Source: an uncultured Candidatus Saccharibacteria bacterium (lineage in GTDB: Bacteria > Patescibacteriota > Minisyncoccia > Phycocordibacterales > UBA2100). Taken from it: DNA of 52,902 bases. The first letter of the stretch is position 1. Each line of letters starts with the position of its first letter. Shown here piece by piece: positions 1-9,617 of this stretch. The notes below the pieces were generated by a model that was given only the letters and a program-made list of their open reading frames with translations, was not told the origin of the DNA and did no database searches. The stretch lies in contig CAYPGH010000001.1 of assembly GCA_964410475.1 (NCBI GenBank), forward strand, positions 1-52,902, written 5' to 3'. The position numbers were made by a program, and so were the translations under genes.

Positions 1-1
1 G

Positions 2-151
2 GTAAAGCATGTCATGGAGCATCCGGAGAAAGTGCGCGCAGTTATTGCGACGGCGTGCGCGATGGTTATGGAAAAGTATGATTGGGACATTATCGCGAAA
101 GACATGCGCGAGCGGGTATTCATGCCGCTTTTGGAGCGAGGGGATAACTGA
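2..151 (+). CDS. C-terminal fragment of a GT-B (group 1) glycosyltransferase; the 5' part lies outside the window
   Basis: Frame 2 is open from the window edge to TGA at 149-151. My translation, ...VKHVMEHPEKVRAVIATACAMVMEKYDWDIIAKDMRERVFMPLLERGITD, looks like the tail of GT4 enzymes. It is absent from the ORF track because it has no start. Confidence 0.45.
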   Translation, partial: VKHVMEHPEKVRAVIATACAMVMEKYDWDIIAKDMRERVFMPLLERGDN

Positions 152-490
152 TTTGTGCGTTCCGGAGGATGGGTGTTTGCTGTGAGCAGAGGGTGTGCAT
201 TTGGCATGCCCGGAAAGAGAGGACGTCATGGATGACGCTACAAGAAATTTCATTCATCTTTGGTGGTTTTTCTATCTCGGCGGGTGGGCGGTCGTTTCTT
301 TCGACGCTGCGATGAGGGCGACGGCTATCGCGACTGGCGACCATCTCGCGTACGTGCGAGGCGAGTCGCCGCCGAGGCGGTGATAGTTCAAGAAATGGGA
401 CGCATGTGAGCCATGCGCCCCATTCCCATTGCGTTGGGTAGCCACAATAGCTTTGAGGACAAAGTTGATGTGGTGGTATACAGTAACGCA

Positions 491-1495
491 ATGCGGATCA
501 TCATCGCAACCGGACTCTATCCGCCGGAAATAGGCGGACCCGCATACTACGCAAGGGGTCTTGAGGAAGCATTTCGCGCGCTTGAGCATGATCCCGTCGT
601 TGTTTCCTACAGAGGATTGAGGCGCCTCCCCACGGGTATAAGTCACGCGCTTTATTTCGCACGTCTTTTTCCCAGACTTTTCGGCGCTCATGCGGTTATA
701 GCACTGGACACCGCAAGCGTAGCTATTCCCTCGGCACTCGCCTGCGTACTCACGGGTACGCAATTCATTGTTCGTACCGGCGGCGATTTTGTCTGGGAGC
801 ACTATCTAGATCGCACGAAAGATATGCTCCCACTCGCGCGCTTTTATGCCGAGCACAAACCGCTCTCCTTCAAAGAACGACTTGTTCTTGCGCTCACGCG
901 CTGGGCTCTTTCACGGGCCGTTATCGTTTTCAGCACAAAGCTTCAGCGTGATGTGTGGATCAAACCCTACGGCCTCGCGCTCGATCGCACAAAGATCATC
1001 GGCAATGCAGTGGATATGCCTCTGCCGCCCGCGCCGCCGCGCGCGAAGAACTTTCTATGGCATGTACGCCCGATAGCAATGAAAAACGGCGAACGCCTAC
1101 ATGCGGCTTTTGCGCGAGCCAAAGCAGAACATCCTGAAATAAAACTTGAGGAAGGATTGATCCACAAGAAAGAACTGCTGGAACGTATGAAAAGTTGTTA
1201 TGCGGTAATACTGCCATCGCTTACCGAGATTAGCCCCAATTACATTTTGGACGCACTGCGATTCAAGAAACCTTTCATTATGGACAAATATTCTGGCTTC
1301 GCGGAGTGGCTTGCGCCATATGGCACACTGGTTGATCCGCTCGATGAGGATGGTATAGTGCGGGCGATATCGGAGCTTGCGGAGGACGCAGGGTACGAGA
1401 GGGCGAAAAAGAAAGCTGACGCGTTCTCCTTTGTTCGCTCATATGATGAAGTAGCCAGTGATTTTCTTGAATTGATTCGAGGATTGAAACCTTGA
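491..1495 (+). CDS. GT-B fold glycosyltransferase (GT4-like)
   Basis: ORF 413..1495. I prefer the internal ATG at 491 because MRIIIATGLYPPEIGGPAYY is a typical GT4 N-terminus. Confidence 0.7.
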   Translation: MRIIIATGLYPPEIGGPAYYARGLEEAFRALEHDPVVVSYRGLRRLPTGISHALYFARLFPRLFGAHAVIALDTASVAIPSALACVLTGTQFIVRTGGDFVWEHYLDRTKDMLPLARFYAEHKPLSFKERLVLALTRWALSRAVIVFSTKLQRDVWIKPYGLALDRTKIIGNAVDMPLPPAPPRAKNFLWHVRPIAMKNGERLHAAFARAKAEHPEIKLEEGLIHKKELLERMKSCYAVILPSLTEISPNYILDALRFKKPFIMDKYSGFAEWLAPYGTLVDPLDEDGIVRAISELAEDAGYERAKKKADAFSFVRSYDEVASDFLELIRGLKP

Positions 1496-1513
1496 AAAAG
1501 GGCCAAAAATCGG

Positions 1514-1519
1514 TATAAT
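1514..1519 (+). promoter_or_regulatory. Candidate -10 box (TATAAT)
   Basis: A perfect TATAAT hexamer lies in the 38-nt gap upstream of the ATG at 1534. No clear -35 box. This is a motif match only. Confidence 0.3.
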
Positions 1520-1533
1520 ACGGCCATTCTCGT

Positions 1534-3501
1534 ATGCGAGTAGTCTCATTTTCAACAGATTGGAGCGTATTTGATGAGCATAGCGCTGTTGCGCGGCGAC
1601 AGCGTATGCAGGCATCAACGCTTGAACGATTGGAAGTATTCGTTCCGCACGGTCCAAAGCAGATAGCACATCTTGCGCCGAACGCTACGATAAGAGGGTT
1701 TGGTCTCGGTAGAACACTTGGTGCGCTACGCGCCATTCTTGCCGCACTTCGTTTGCCGCAACCGGATATAGTTTCCGCACAAGACCCATTTCTTATTGGC
1801 CTTACTGCGTGGTGCGCCGCACGACTGTCGGGTGCCAAACTGCATGTCCAAGTGCATACCGATGTTTTTTCACCGGGGTTCTCCGCACACTCCAGGAAGA
1901 ATCGTCTTTTTGTGGTCCTCGCACGTTTCATTTTGCGCCGCGCTGATGCCGTCCGCGTCGTTTCAGAACGCATCAAAGAAACGCTTAAGCCGCTTCATCT
2001 CACCACTCCAGTATCAGTATTACCCGTGTTTGTTGATGGGGAAGCAATTACTCGCGCAGAAGCAATAGACAAGAAAAAAGAATTTCCCGATTTTCAAAAA
2101 CTCGTACTAGTCGTCTCTCGGCTTGAGCCGGAGAAAAATGTAGCTGCCGCAATACGGGCATTCTTCCAAATCCAAAAGGCGCAAGTCGGGGCCGGTTTGG
2201 TTATCGTAGGGAGTGGAAGCGAGGGAGCGGCACTTTATGAGCTTGCTCAAGAGCTTGGGATTGAGAAGCAAATTGTATTTGTGGGAGCCAGGGATTCACT
2301 TCCGTTTTATAAAGTAGCGGATCTTCTGCTGGTCACCTCTGAGTTTGAAGGGTACGGCATGGTTATTGTGGAGGCGCTCGTCGCCGGATGCCCTGTGGTT
2401 TCCTATGATGTCGGTGTTGCTCGGGAGGCGGGAGCTATCCTTGCGTCTCCGGAGGAACTTCCTTCGCGCGCGATCGCGGTTCTCTCCGAAGGTCGGCGCG
2501 GCTCTCTTTCATTTCCGCTTCTTTCAGAATCAGAATATAGAGACATGTGGCGCGCCGAGATAGGGGGAGCGTTGGCAGAAGGTTCGATGAGTTCTGTTGC
2601 GCAGAAGGAAAAAGTGAAATCTCGCATTGGCTACATCGGGCAAGGCTTCATCGGCAAGAATTATGCCGATGACCTGGAACGCCGCGGATTTGAGGTAGTT
2701 CGGTATGCTCTTGAAGAGCCGTATCGTGCGAACAAAGAGAAAATACGCGATTGCGATATCGTATTCATTGCGGTACCGACGCCGACGACTCCTGAGAAGT
2801 TTGACGACAGCATTGTTCGGAGTGCACTTTCGCTGGTCGGAAAAGGAGAGACGGCAGTCGTTAAGTCTACACTCTTGCCGGGAACCACAGCACAATTGCA
2901 AAAGGCGTATCCGGATATCTTTGTGATGCACTCGCCGGAATTCTTGCGCGAGGCGACGGCTGCGTTTGACGCGTCGCATCCTGATAGGAATATCATCGGT
3001 ATCGCAAATGACACACCTGAAGCGCGACGCAAAGCCGGAGAAGTACTTGCGGTCTTGCCAGCTTCGCCGTTTAGTCTTGTGTGCTCTTCTCTCGAGGCGG
3101 AGATAGTCAAATACGCGGGGAACAGTTGGCTGTATGTAAAGGTCGTGTATATCAACATGCTCTATGATCTCGTACAGAAGCTCGATGGAAACTATGATGT
3201 TGTCCGCGACGCACTTGCCGCCGATCCGCGCGTCGGCCGCTCGCACCTGGATCCCGTGCATCAAAGCGGGCACGGGGGTAAACCCGCGCGTGGGGCCGGA
3301 GGCCACTGTCTTATCAAGGATTTCGAGGCATTGCGGCGTTTGTATGAAGAGAAGGTGGCCGACGAATATGGTGCGCGAGTATTTGACACGTTAGCTGCAA
3401 AAAACCTTGACCTTCTCCTATCAAGCGGCAAGGATATTGATCTTCTAAAGGGTGTATATGGAGAAGATGTGGAGAAGGAGAAAAAGAATCTTCTTGAGTG
3501 A
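1534..3501 (+). CDS. Fusion protein: GT4 glycosyltransferase (N-terminal, about 360 aa) plus a short UDP-glucose/GDP-mannose dehydrogenase-family domain (C-terminal, about 290 aa)
   Basis: One uninterrupted 655-aa ORF. The N-terminal half has the GT4 E-x7-E region (SEFEGYGMVIVEAL). The C-terminal half has IGYIGQGFIGKN (Rossmann fold), AVPTPT, SPEFLREATA and GAGGHCLIKD (catalytic Cys motif of UGDH-type enzymes). Confidence 0.75.
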   Translation: MRVVSFSTDWSVFDEHSAVARRQRMQASTLERLEVFVPHGPKQIAHLAPNATIRGFGLGRTLGALRAILAALRLPQPDIVSAQDPFLIGLTAWCAARLSGAKLHVQVHTDVFSPGFSAHSRKNRLFVVLARFILRRADAVRVVSERIKETLKPLHLTTPVSVLPVFVDGEAITRAEAIDKKKEFPDFQKLVLVVSRLEPEKNVAAAIRAFFQIQKAQVGAGLVIVGSGSEGAALYELAQELGIEKQIVFVGARDSLPFYKVADLLLVTSEFEGYGMVIVEALVAGCPVVSYDVGVAREAGAILASPEELPSRAIAVLSEGRRGSLSFPLLSESEYRDMWRAEIGGALAEGSMSSVAQKEKVKSRIGYIGQGFIGKNYADDLERRGFEVVRYALEEPYRANKEKIRDCDIVFIAVPTPTTPEKFDDSIVRSALSLVGKGETAVVKSTLLPGTTAQLQKAYPDIFVMHSPEFLREATAAFDASHPDRNIIGIANDTPEARRKAGEVLAVLPASPFSLVCSSLEAEIVKYAGNSWLYVKVVYINMLYDLVQKLDGNYDVVRDALAADPRVGRSHLDPVHQSGHGGKPARGAGGHCLIKDFEALRRLYEEKVADEYGARVFDTLAAKNLDLLLSSGKDIDLLKGVYGEDVEKEKKNLLE

Positions 3502-3544
3502 TGTTCGTAGTCCTTCATATAAATATCCGAAAAAATTGTACCGC

Positions 3545-4660
3545 ATGAGTCTCCAAGAAAATGACATGCAAAAGGAACGAATTTCCCTATCTCGCAGGAA
3601 AAAAATACTGATCTGTGCTCAAGCCGTAGATACGCAGGATCTTGCGCTTGGTTTTTTTGTACGCTGGATAGAAGAGTTTGCGAAACACCACGAGCACGTC
3701 TCCGTCATTTGCCTGAAACAGGGCTCTTTTACACTGCCGAAAAATGTGTCTGTATACTCACTGGGAAAAGAGCAGTCCTCTCGTCCACGTCTTTTCCAGC
3801 GTATACGGTATGGCCTGCGTCTCTACAAATATGCATGGAGTCTTCGTCGAGAATATGACATGGTCTTCGTCCACATGAATCAAGAGTACATTCTTGCGGT
3901 GGGCTGGCTCTGGGCTCTCTTGGGCAAGAAGATATACATGTGGCGCAATCACTATGCCGGGAATAGTCTTACTGACATAGCCGCGGCATTTTGTACGAAA
4001 ATCTTTTGCACTTCACGCCACTCATACACCGCACGATATAAAAGATCGGTCCTGATGCCGGTCGGAATAGATGTCGAGACCTACCATGTCATTCCGGGTG
4101 TTGCGAGGATTCCGAATTCTATACTATGGTATGCGAGAATTGCACCGTCCAAGCGTCTGAAGTTGTTTATAGAGACGTTAGGCCTTCTTCGTAGTCGCGG
4201 TGTTTCGTTTTCTGCGTCTGTATATGGGACGCCACTTCCTGAAGATGTAGAATACTATGAAAACATAAAATCACGCGCAGCCGCTTTGAGTATTTCGGAC
4301 TCGGTGCGGTTTTTTTCGGGCGTTCTTCATTCAGAAGGTCCGAATATTTTTAGTGCACACGAATTGTTTGTGAATACATCTCCGGGCGGCATGTATGACA
4401 AAACGATATTTGAGGCGGCAATGTGCAGGTGCATTGTACTTGCGTCGAATCAAGACTTTGCGGGAATCGCCATGTCACACTTAGTGTTTGAGGAGGATAA
4501 CCCTGTTGATTTAGCAGGAAAAATCGCAAAGCTTCTCACTTTACGGTCGGTAGAACGTGAAGAGATAACAGATTCACTCAAAAAAATAGCAGAACGAAAT
4601 AATCTTACTGCGCTTGGAAATGCACTTATCAAAGAAATGCAGAACGCATCCTCTGTATGA
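3545..4660 (+). CDS. GT-B fold glycosyltransferase (GT4-like)
   Basis: ORF 3452..4660. The ATG at 3545 avoids overlap with the upstream gene. The protein has KKILICAQAVD...VFVHMNQEY and a GT1-type C-terminal half. The start is uncertain (3545 or 3566). Confidence 0.6.
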   Translation: MSLQENDMQKERISLSRRKKILICAQAVDTQDLALGFFVRWIEEFAKHHEHVSVICLKQGSFTLPKNVSVYSLGKEQSSRPRLFQRIRYGLRLYKYAWSLRREYDMVFVHMNQEYILAVGWLWALLGKKIYMWRNHYAGNSLTDIAAAFCTKIFCTSRHSYTARYKRSVLMPVGIDVETYHVIPGVARIPNSILWYARIAPSKRLKLFIETLGLLRSRGVSFSASVYGTPLPEDVEYYENIKSRAAALSISDSVRFFSGVLHSEGPNIFSAHELFVNTSPGGMYDKTIFEAAMCRCIVLASNQDFAGIAMSHLVFEEDNPVDLAGKIAKLLTLRSVEREEITDSLKKIAERNNLTALGNALIKEMQNASSV

Positions 4661-5283
4661 CAACAATATACAGAAAGGCGGAACATATGGCGCTCTCCGG
4701 CGTTACTCTTTCTGGAAAGGTGCTTGACCTTGGAGGGCACAAAAACTCTCCATATAGAGATTTGTTTAAGGGTGAATTTTCAATTACCACGGCAGACTTG
4801 TCGTCCGAAGCCGATATCCAATGCAATTTTGAATTACCCTTGCCTATATCTGACGCTTCGTACGATGGAGTGCTACTCATCAACGTCCTCGAGCACATCT
4901 TCGAGTATCGTCAACTAATTGGAGAATGTGCGCGGGTATTGAAGCCTAGGGGCACGATTATCATTGCGGTCCCTTTCTTGTTTCCTTATCACGCGTCCCC
5001 CGATGACTTTCATCGATATACGTCGACCGCGTTAGAGCGTACATTAGCATTGGCCGGTTTCTCGGATATTCATGTACAATCGCTCGGTTCAGGAGTATGT
5101 GCGGTTCGATGGGCACTGGTCGAACGTTTACTGCCCGGGCCGTTTCGAGCGCTCTCCCTTGTTACTGTTCCTTTCGCGAGGTTTTTTGATGGAATAATTA
5201 CTGGATTCGCGCGGGCGTTTGGTAAAAAATACTCACCATCCGATTACTCGCTTGGATATGTGGCCAGTGCTCACAAGAGTTGA
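4657..5283 (+). CDS. Class I SAM-dependent methyltransferase (Methyltransf_11-like)
   Basis: Contains VLDLGG, LLINVLEHIFEY, LKPRGTIIIAVPFLFPYHASPDDFHRYT. ATGA overlap with the upstream gene. Paralogous to the genes at 7034 and 20271. Confidence 0.75.
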   Translation: MTTIYRKAEHMALSGVTLSGKVLDLGGHKNSPYRDLFKGEFSITTADLSSEADIQCNFELPLPISDASYDGVLLINVLEHIFEYRQLIGECARVLKPRGTIIIAVPFLFPYHASPDDFHRYTSTALERTLALAGFSDIHVQSLGSGVCAVRWALVERLLPGPFRALSLVTVPFARFFDGIITGFARAFGKKYSPSDYSLGYVASAHKS

Positions 5284-5915
5284 ATATTTGTATGTATTAC
5301 AACAAAAAAGAGCTTATCGCCGCGCAGATACACAAAGAGGACGTCGTCTTGGATGTGGGTTTTCTTGGGCAGGGTATCAAGAAAGAGAATCCGGATTGGC
5401 CTCATGCTCTCCTCAAGAATTGCGCGAAGGAAGTACATGGGTTGGATCTGGAACTTAGCGACGAATTCAAGAATGATGCTCACTACAAAGAGGCAAGCGC
5501 CGAGGAATTTTCTTTCTCCGTCAAGTTCGATGTCATCACAGCTCTTGATCTCATAGAGCATCTTTCAAATCCGGGTCTATTTATAAGGCGCTGTACGGCA
5601 CACTTGAAACAGAGTGGACGGCTTATTCTAACGACCCCCAATACTTTCAATCTCTTTAATCTTGCAGAGAAACTTACAAAGCGGGAACCAACGACTAATT
5701 CCGACCACACGTTTTACTTTAATAGCAAGACGCTCGGAAAACTATTACAAAAAAACGGCATGGAAGTCACAGAAGTTAGTTTCCTATACACTCTCGGTTA
5801 CGAACACAAAGAAAGCTGGAAAAAGAAGTTTCTCAACGGAGTATACGGATTTCTTTCACTTTTTACCAATAAATTTATGGAAACTTTGGTTGTGGTCGCC
5901 AAGATACGCTCATGA
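5280..5915 (+). CDS. Class I SAM-dependent methyltransferase
   Basis: Contains VLDVGFLGQG, ITALDLIEHLSNPGLFI, SGRLILTTPN. The start is either TTG 5280 or ATG 5292. Confidence 0.7.
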   Translation: MNICMYYNKKELIAAQIHKEDVVLDVGFLGQGIKKENPDWPHALLKNCAKEVHGLDLELSDEFKNDAHYKEASAEEFSFSVKFDVITALDLIEHLSNPGLFIRRCTAHLKQSGRLILTTPNTFNLFNLAEKLTKREPTTNSDHTFYFNSKTLGKLLQKNGMEVTEVSFLYTLGYEHKESWKKKFLNGVYGFLSLFTNKFMETLVVVAKIRS

Positions 5916-7030
5916 AGATCCTCTACATAACAACCGTTCGGATACCGACGGAAAAGGCGCATGGCGTCCAGATTATGAAAATGTGCGAGGCCATAGCTTC
6001 GCTTGGACATACCGTAGAGTTGGTCGTTCCACGTCAGCTGAATAAACTAAAGGACGATCCATTTACCTATTATGCCGTGGATAGGACGTTTACCATCACC
6101 TATGCGAATGCCATCGGTTTTGGTCCCTACAACAGAATCGGCTATTGGATACATCGTCTAACATTTGCTCTTGCTGCTATATGGTTGACGAAACAGCATC
6201 ACGCGGATCTTTTGTACACTCGCGACGAATTGATCGCGGGATTTTTAAGCTTACTCCATAAACGTTTTATTTTTGAAGTTCATGAAGGTCGATGGAACGC
6301 TTTCATGCGGCGAGCTACATTCGCGGCATCGCGGACCGTCGTTCTTACGAAGGGTCTTGCCGACTATCTTGTTGAACGCGGCGTGCCAAAGGAAAAGATT
6401 CATGTTGCGCCGGATGCAGTTGATCAAAGAACTTTTCAAAACCCAGAATCTCTCGAAGCGGCCCGATTGCGCCTCGAGCTCCCGCTTCATGAAAAGATTG
6501 CTCTCTACATAGGACGCATCGATGACTGGAAGGGGACAGACACTTTTTTCAAATCTGCGGCGCTGATGCCGTCTAACATTTTAGTGGCTGTTATCGGTGG
6601 CGAAGAGCAACAGATAGCAGACCTAAAGAAAAGCTATCCGAGGGTGTTATTTTTAGGGTATAGGCCATACCGCGAGCTCGCCAACAACCAAGCAGTAGCA
6701 GATGTGCTTATTCTTCCAAATTCTGCAAAGCATGACATATCAACTCGTGACACTTCTCCATTAAAACTTTTTTCATACATGGCGTCTGGTAAACCAATTG
6801 TGGCATCTGACGTACCAAGTCTACGGGAAATTCTCGATGAGAAAACTGCGTCTTTCTTCAAGCCGGATGATCCTGCCAGTCTTGCCCGAGCAATCGAGTA
6901 TACCCTTGAAGATTCTGTTTCCGCCTCGAAGCGCGCCGAGGCCGCGCGCGTGAAAGTTCAGCAGTTTTCATGGGAAAATCGTGCCAAGCTTATTCTCGCA
7001 TCGCTAAATGATTCCGCGTTCGTGCGGTAA
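5912..7030 (+). CDS. GT4 family glycosyltransferase
   Basis: MKILYITTVRIPTEKAHGVQIMKMCEA at the N-terminus, and a GT1 C-terminal domain (LILPNSAKHDISTRDTSPLKLFSYMASGKPIVASD). ATGA overlap with the upstream gene. Confidence 0.8.
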   Translation: MKILYITTVRIPTEKAHGVQIMKMCEAIASLGHTVELVVPRQLNKLKDDPFTYYAVDRTFTITYANAIGFGPYNRIGYWIHRLTFALAAIWLTKQHHADLLYTRDELIAGFLSLLHKRFIFEVHEGRWNAFMRRATFAASRTVVLTKGLADYLVERGVPKEKIHVAPDAVDQRTFQNPESLEAARLRLELPLHEKIALYIGRIDDWKGTDTFFKSAALMPSNILVAVIGGEEQQIADLKKSYPRVLFLGYRPYRELANNQAVADVLILPNSAKHDISTRDTSPLKLFSYMASGKPIVASDVPSLREILDEKTASFFKPDDPASLARAIEYTLEDSVSASKRAEAARVKVQQFSWENRAKLILASLNDSAFVR

Positions 7031-7033
7031 TAT

Positions 7034-7660
7034 ATGCACGTGAAAAGACCCTGGGACACTTTTGCAGAAGAGAAGATACGACAAATCTTTTCCGACAAGA
7101 AACGCGTCATTGATATCGGCGGCGGTCTGCGCGTTGATAGAGAAAAAAACAATCGGCTCAACGAAGATAGAGCAAAGTGGCTTCTTCCGCTCATAAAGAA
7201 TGTTGAGTACTTAATTCTCGATAAGGTTCCGGATTACAAGCCCGACATAGTGGGCGACGTGCACAATCTTCCTTTTCCAGACGCATCAGAGGAAGCAATT
7301 GTGTGCATAGCGGTATTGGAACATGTAGAAAACCCTATGCAGGCGATGGATGAAATATACAGAACGCTCAAGCCGGGGGGATACGCCTTCATCTATGTTC
7401 CGTTTCTCTATTACTACCATGCGTACCCGGGATATTACGGCGACTATTGGCGGTTTACCAAAGATACGCTGGAACTCTTCGGCAGGCGTTTCTCAACATG
7501 CGAAATTGCGTCTGTGCGCGGGGCCATTGAAACATGGATTAAATTAAGCCCTCTTGGGCGCGTAAACTTCTTTTGCTATATCGGATACATTCTTGATCGT
7601 ATAACCGGAAAAATCCGAAGCGCTCAGACCAGCGGATACAATGTGTTTCTTATAAAATAA
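7034..7660 (+). CDS. Class I SAM-dependent methyltransferase
   Basis: Contains VIDIGGGL, VCIAVLEHVENPMQAMDEIYRTLKPGGYAFIYVPFLYYYHAYPGYYGDYWRFT. Confidence 0.75.
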   Translation: MHVKRPWDTFAEEKIRQIFSDKKRVIDIGGGLRVDREKNNRLNEDRAKWLLPLIKNVEYLILDKVPDYKPDIVGDVHNLPFPDASEEAIVCIAVLEHVENPMQAMDEIYRTLKPGGYAFIYVPFLYYYHAYPGYYGDYWRFTKDTLELFGRRFSTCEIASVRGAIETWIKLSPLGRVNFFCYIGYILDRITGKIRSAQTSGYNVFLIK

Positions 7661-7662
7661 TC

Positions 7663-8100
7663 ATGAATCTGCACGAGTGGCGGTCGGAGTTGGGGAGAAG
7701 AAAAGAAACTATTAAGCAGGTCCTGCGATTCGGGATTTCTGGCGGCATAGCAGTGCTCCTCGGTTTGGTATCCATCTATGTTCTGACCGATATTTTTCAT
7801 GTGTGGTATGTAGTATCAAGCATCATCGCCTTCACGATAACGTTCCTCGTCTCATTCTCCATGCAGAAATTCTGGACGTTCCGGGAAAAGACGATTTCCA
7901 GAATACCCGTCCAGGGTTCGCTTAGTCTAATGCTCGGCGGCCTAAATTTCGTTTTAAACGTTATTCTCATTTACATACTCGTAGATTTTCTTCATATCTC
8001 ATACCTGATTGCTCAAGTCATAATCTACGCATTTTTTGGTGCCCTGGACTTTTTCATCTACAAGCTTGTTATCTTCAAATCGCAACAAAATTATCAGTAA
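7663..8100 (+). CDS. GtrA family membrane protein
   Basis: 145 aa with 4 predicted TM segments. Contains LRFGISGGIAVLLGL...MQKFWTFRE, typical of GtrA-like proteins. Confidence 0.8.
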   Translation: MNLHEWRSELGRRKETIKQVLRFGISGGIAVLLGLVSIYVLTDIFHVWYVVSSIIAFTITFLVSFSMQKFWTFREKTISRIPVQGSLSLMLGGLNFVLNVILIYILVDFLHISYLIAQVIIYAFFGALDFFIYKLVIFKSQQNYQ

Positions 8101-8129
8101 AACATGATTATTCCTTTGCGGAGATATAT

Positions 8130-9410
8130 CTAAACTTTCGAGTTTTTAACTATTCTCAAATCTGGTAGGACCATTACAAAATCGGATTTCAATCCTGCCT
8201 TCTTCAACCTCTTCATAATTACATCGGCATATTGCCATGACATAAGAACGACATAATCCGGTTGTTGTTTAAATAATATCTTTTCGTGTACTACGGGGAT
8301 ATGTTTTCCCGCCAAATACTTGCCCAATTTTAATGACGTCGGTAGCTCTGCCAGATAGGGAATATATTCGGTATCGATGCCGTAGTAATTCAAGAGCGTT
8401 GTGGCTCGTCCCGGGCACGATTTTCCGACGATGGATTTACCGGACCTTTTTACCTTTATCAGGAAATCCATAAATTCAAGACGCGCCTTCTGTGCGCGCC
8501 GTGCGAACTTCTTGTACGTTGCGAGCTTGTCTAACCCGGCCTCCTTCTCCAGTTTCAGCAATTGGGATACACGCGGACTCACGTCTCTTCCCTTACCCTT
8601 CGCGACATGCACGCGGATATTGCCGCCGAAATTACGCCCCCGCTCCACATCGGTCACAGTAAAGTCGTACTGATCAAACAGGGAGATGAGTGAGCGGAGA
8701 GAATATGTCCTTAGATGCGCGTGGTAGATGGTGTCGAATTGACCCACTTCTATCACGTCGAGAAGATAATGCATTTCAGCAATAAATACGCCGTCGTCCT
8801 CCAATAGATTGTGTATTCCCATGATGACCTCACCCATCTCCTGCACATGGGCGAACACGTTCGTCGTGATTATTATCGCCGCCCTGCCGTATTTTTTCTT
8901 GATTTGTTCCGAGGTCTTGATGTCAAAAAACGACTGAATAGTCCGAATGCCATCGGCATTTGCGATTTTAGCGATATTGGTCGGCTCAATCCCCAAGATC
9001 CTCACACCCTCCCTTTTAAAACCGCTAAGCAAAGTGCCGTCGTTTGAACCGATGTCTATAGCGAGATCTTTTGAGGTCAGATTATATTTTTCAATGAGAG
9101 AGATGCATATCTGCCTCTGATAATCTGCCAATGGTTTGGAGATGCCACTACGATATGGATAGTCGGGGTAATACAGTTCTTTACTGTCTACGCAATAATC
9201 TATTTGGACATCGGTGCACGTTTGACACCATACCATGCGCAATGGGTACGTTTTCTCGGGTTCATTAAGTGTCTCTTTGGTAAGCAGGGTGTCACAGAGC
9301 GGTTGGTGCCCGAGATCCAATATGACGTGTACTTTTGACGAATTACAGATTTGACAGCGCTGGACATGCCCTGTTTTCACTGAATGATGTTTAGGGTATG
9401 TCGATTTCAT
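8130..9410 (-). CDS. NDP-hexose C-methyltransferase (Zn-ribbon + Methyltransf_13/14 type, TylCIII-like)
   Basis: ORF 8130..9482. I start it at ATG 9410 (MKSTYPKHH...) because the upstream 24 codons are a translation of repeat copy A. Contains CQICNSSKVHVILDLGHQPLCDTLL, WCQTCTDVQ, AIDIGSNDGTLL. Confidence 0.8.
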   Translation of the reverse strand: MKSTYPKHHSVKTGHVQRCQICNSSKVHVILDLGHQPLCDTLLTKETLNEPEKTYPLRMVWCQTCTDVQIDYCVDSKELYYPDYPYRSGISKPLADYQRQICISLIEKYNLTSKDLAIDIGSNDGTLLSGFKREGVRILGIEPTNIAKIANADGIRTIQSFFDIKTSEQIKKKYGRAAIIITTNVFAHVQEMGEVIMGIHNLLEDDGVFIAEMHYLLDVIEVGQFDTIYHAHLRTYSLRSLISLFDQYDFTVTDVERGRNFGGNIRVHVAKGKGRDVSPRVSQLLKLEKEAGLDKLATYKKFARRAQKARLEFMDFLIKVKRSGKSIVGKSCPGRATTLLNYYGIDTEYIPYLAELPTSLKLGKYLAGKHIPVVHEKILFKQQPDYVVLMSWQYADVIMKRLKKAGLKSDFVMVLPDLRIVKNSKV

Positions 9411-9536
9411 CCCGTTAGAGGCAGGAAGCAACGCTTCCCGTACCTGATTTATTGCCAATAACCGACCCTGCTGATTTTCCACGTAGATGCTTCATATATT
9501 AAGTTTGCCTTCCGCGGCCTCTAACGGGATTCATGA
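9406..9536 (-). repeat. Long-stem element (LSE) copy A, 131 bp
   Basis: Arms ATCCCGTTAGAGGC (9409-9422) and GCCTCTAACGGGAT (9517-9530) form a 14-bp perfect stem. Second stem GGAAG 9424-9428 / CTTCC 9509-9513, with 1-nt and 3-nt bulges. Identical to copy B at 130/131 positions. Confidence 0.9.
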
Positions 9537-9617
9537 CCGAATTGTTGTCTCTTTAGCGGTTCGCAATTATAGCATCTCGCTTTCGTGGCTCAAGGACAGT
9601 GTTTCTGCCGGAGTTTT

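Noticed and set aside
195-383. A 62-aa ORF (with a hydrophobic stretch, FIHLWWFFYLGGWAVVSF) in the 340-nt gap between the first two glycosyltransferase genes.
   Set aside because: There is no recognisable family, it overlaps antisense ORFs of similar size, and I could not establish a coding signature by eye. The gap is unusually long for this tightly packed locus and may hold a promoter or leader, but I have no positive evidence.
1278-1976. Long antisense ORFs inside well-supported genes (for example 1278..1976, 2530..3306, 27876..28454, 38132..38566, 42964..43623 and 52392..52859).
   Set aside because: They are shadow ORFs on the opposite strand of genes with clear family motifs. Their translations are low-complexity, Arg/Ser-rich and carry no motifs.
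9411-9482. An identical 24-aa peptide, MENQQGRLLAINQVREALLPASNG, appears at the N-terminus of two ORF-track entries (8130..9482 and 10574..10765).
   Set aside because: It is simply the translation of the near-identical LSE copies A and B, starting from a GTG inside the loop. Real homology of both downstream proteins begins at the ATG directly after the repeat arm. Copies C, D and F have unrelated interiors, so there is no conserved peptide.
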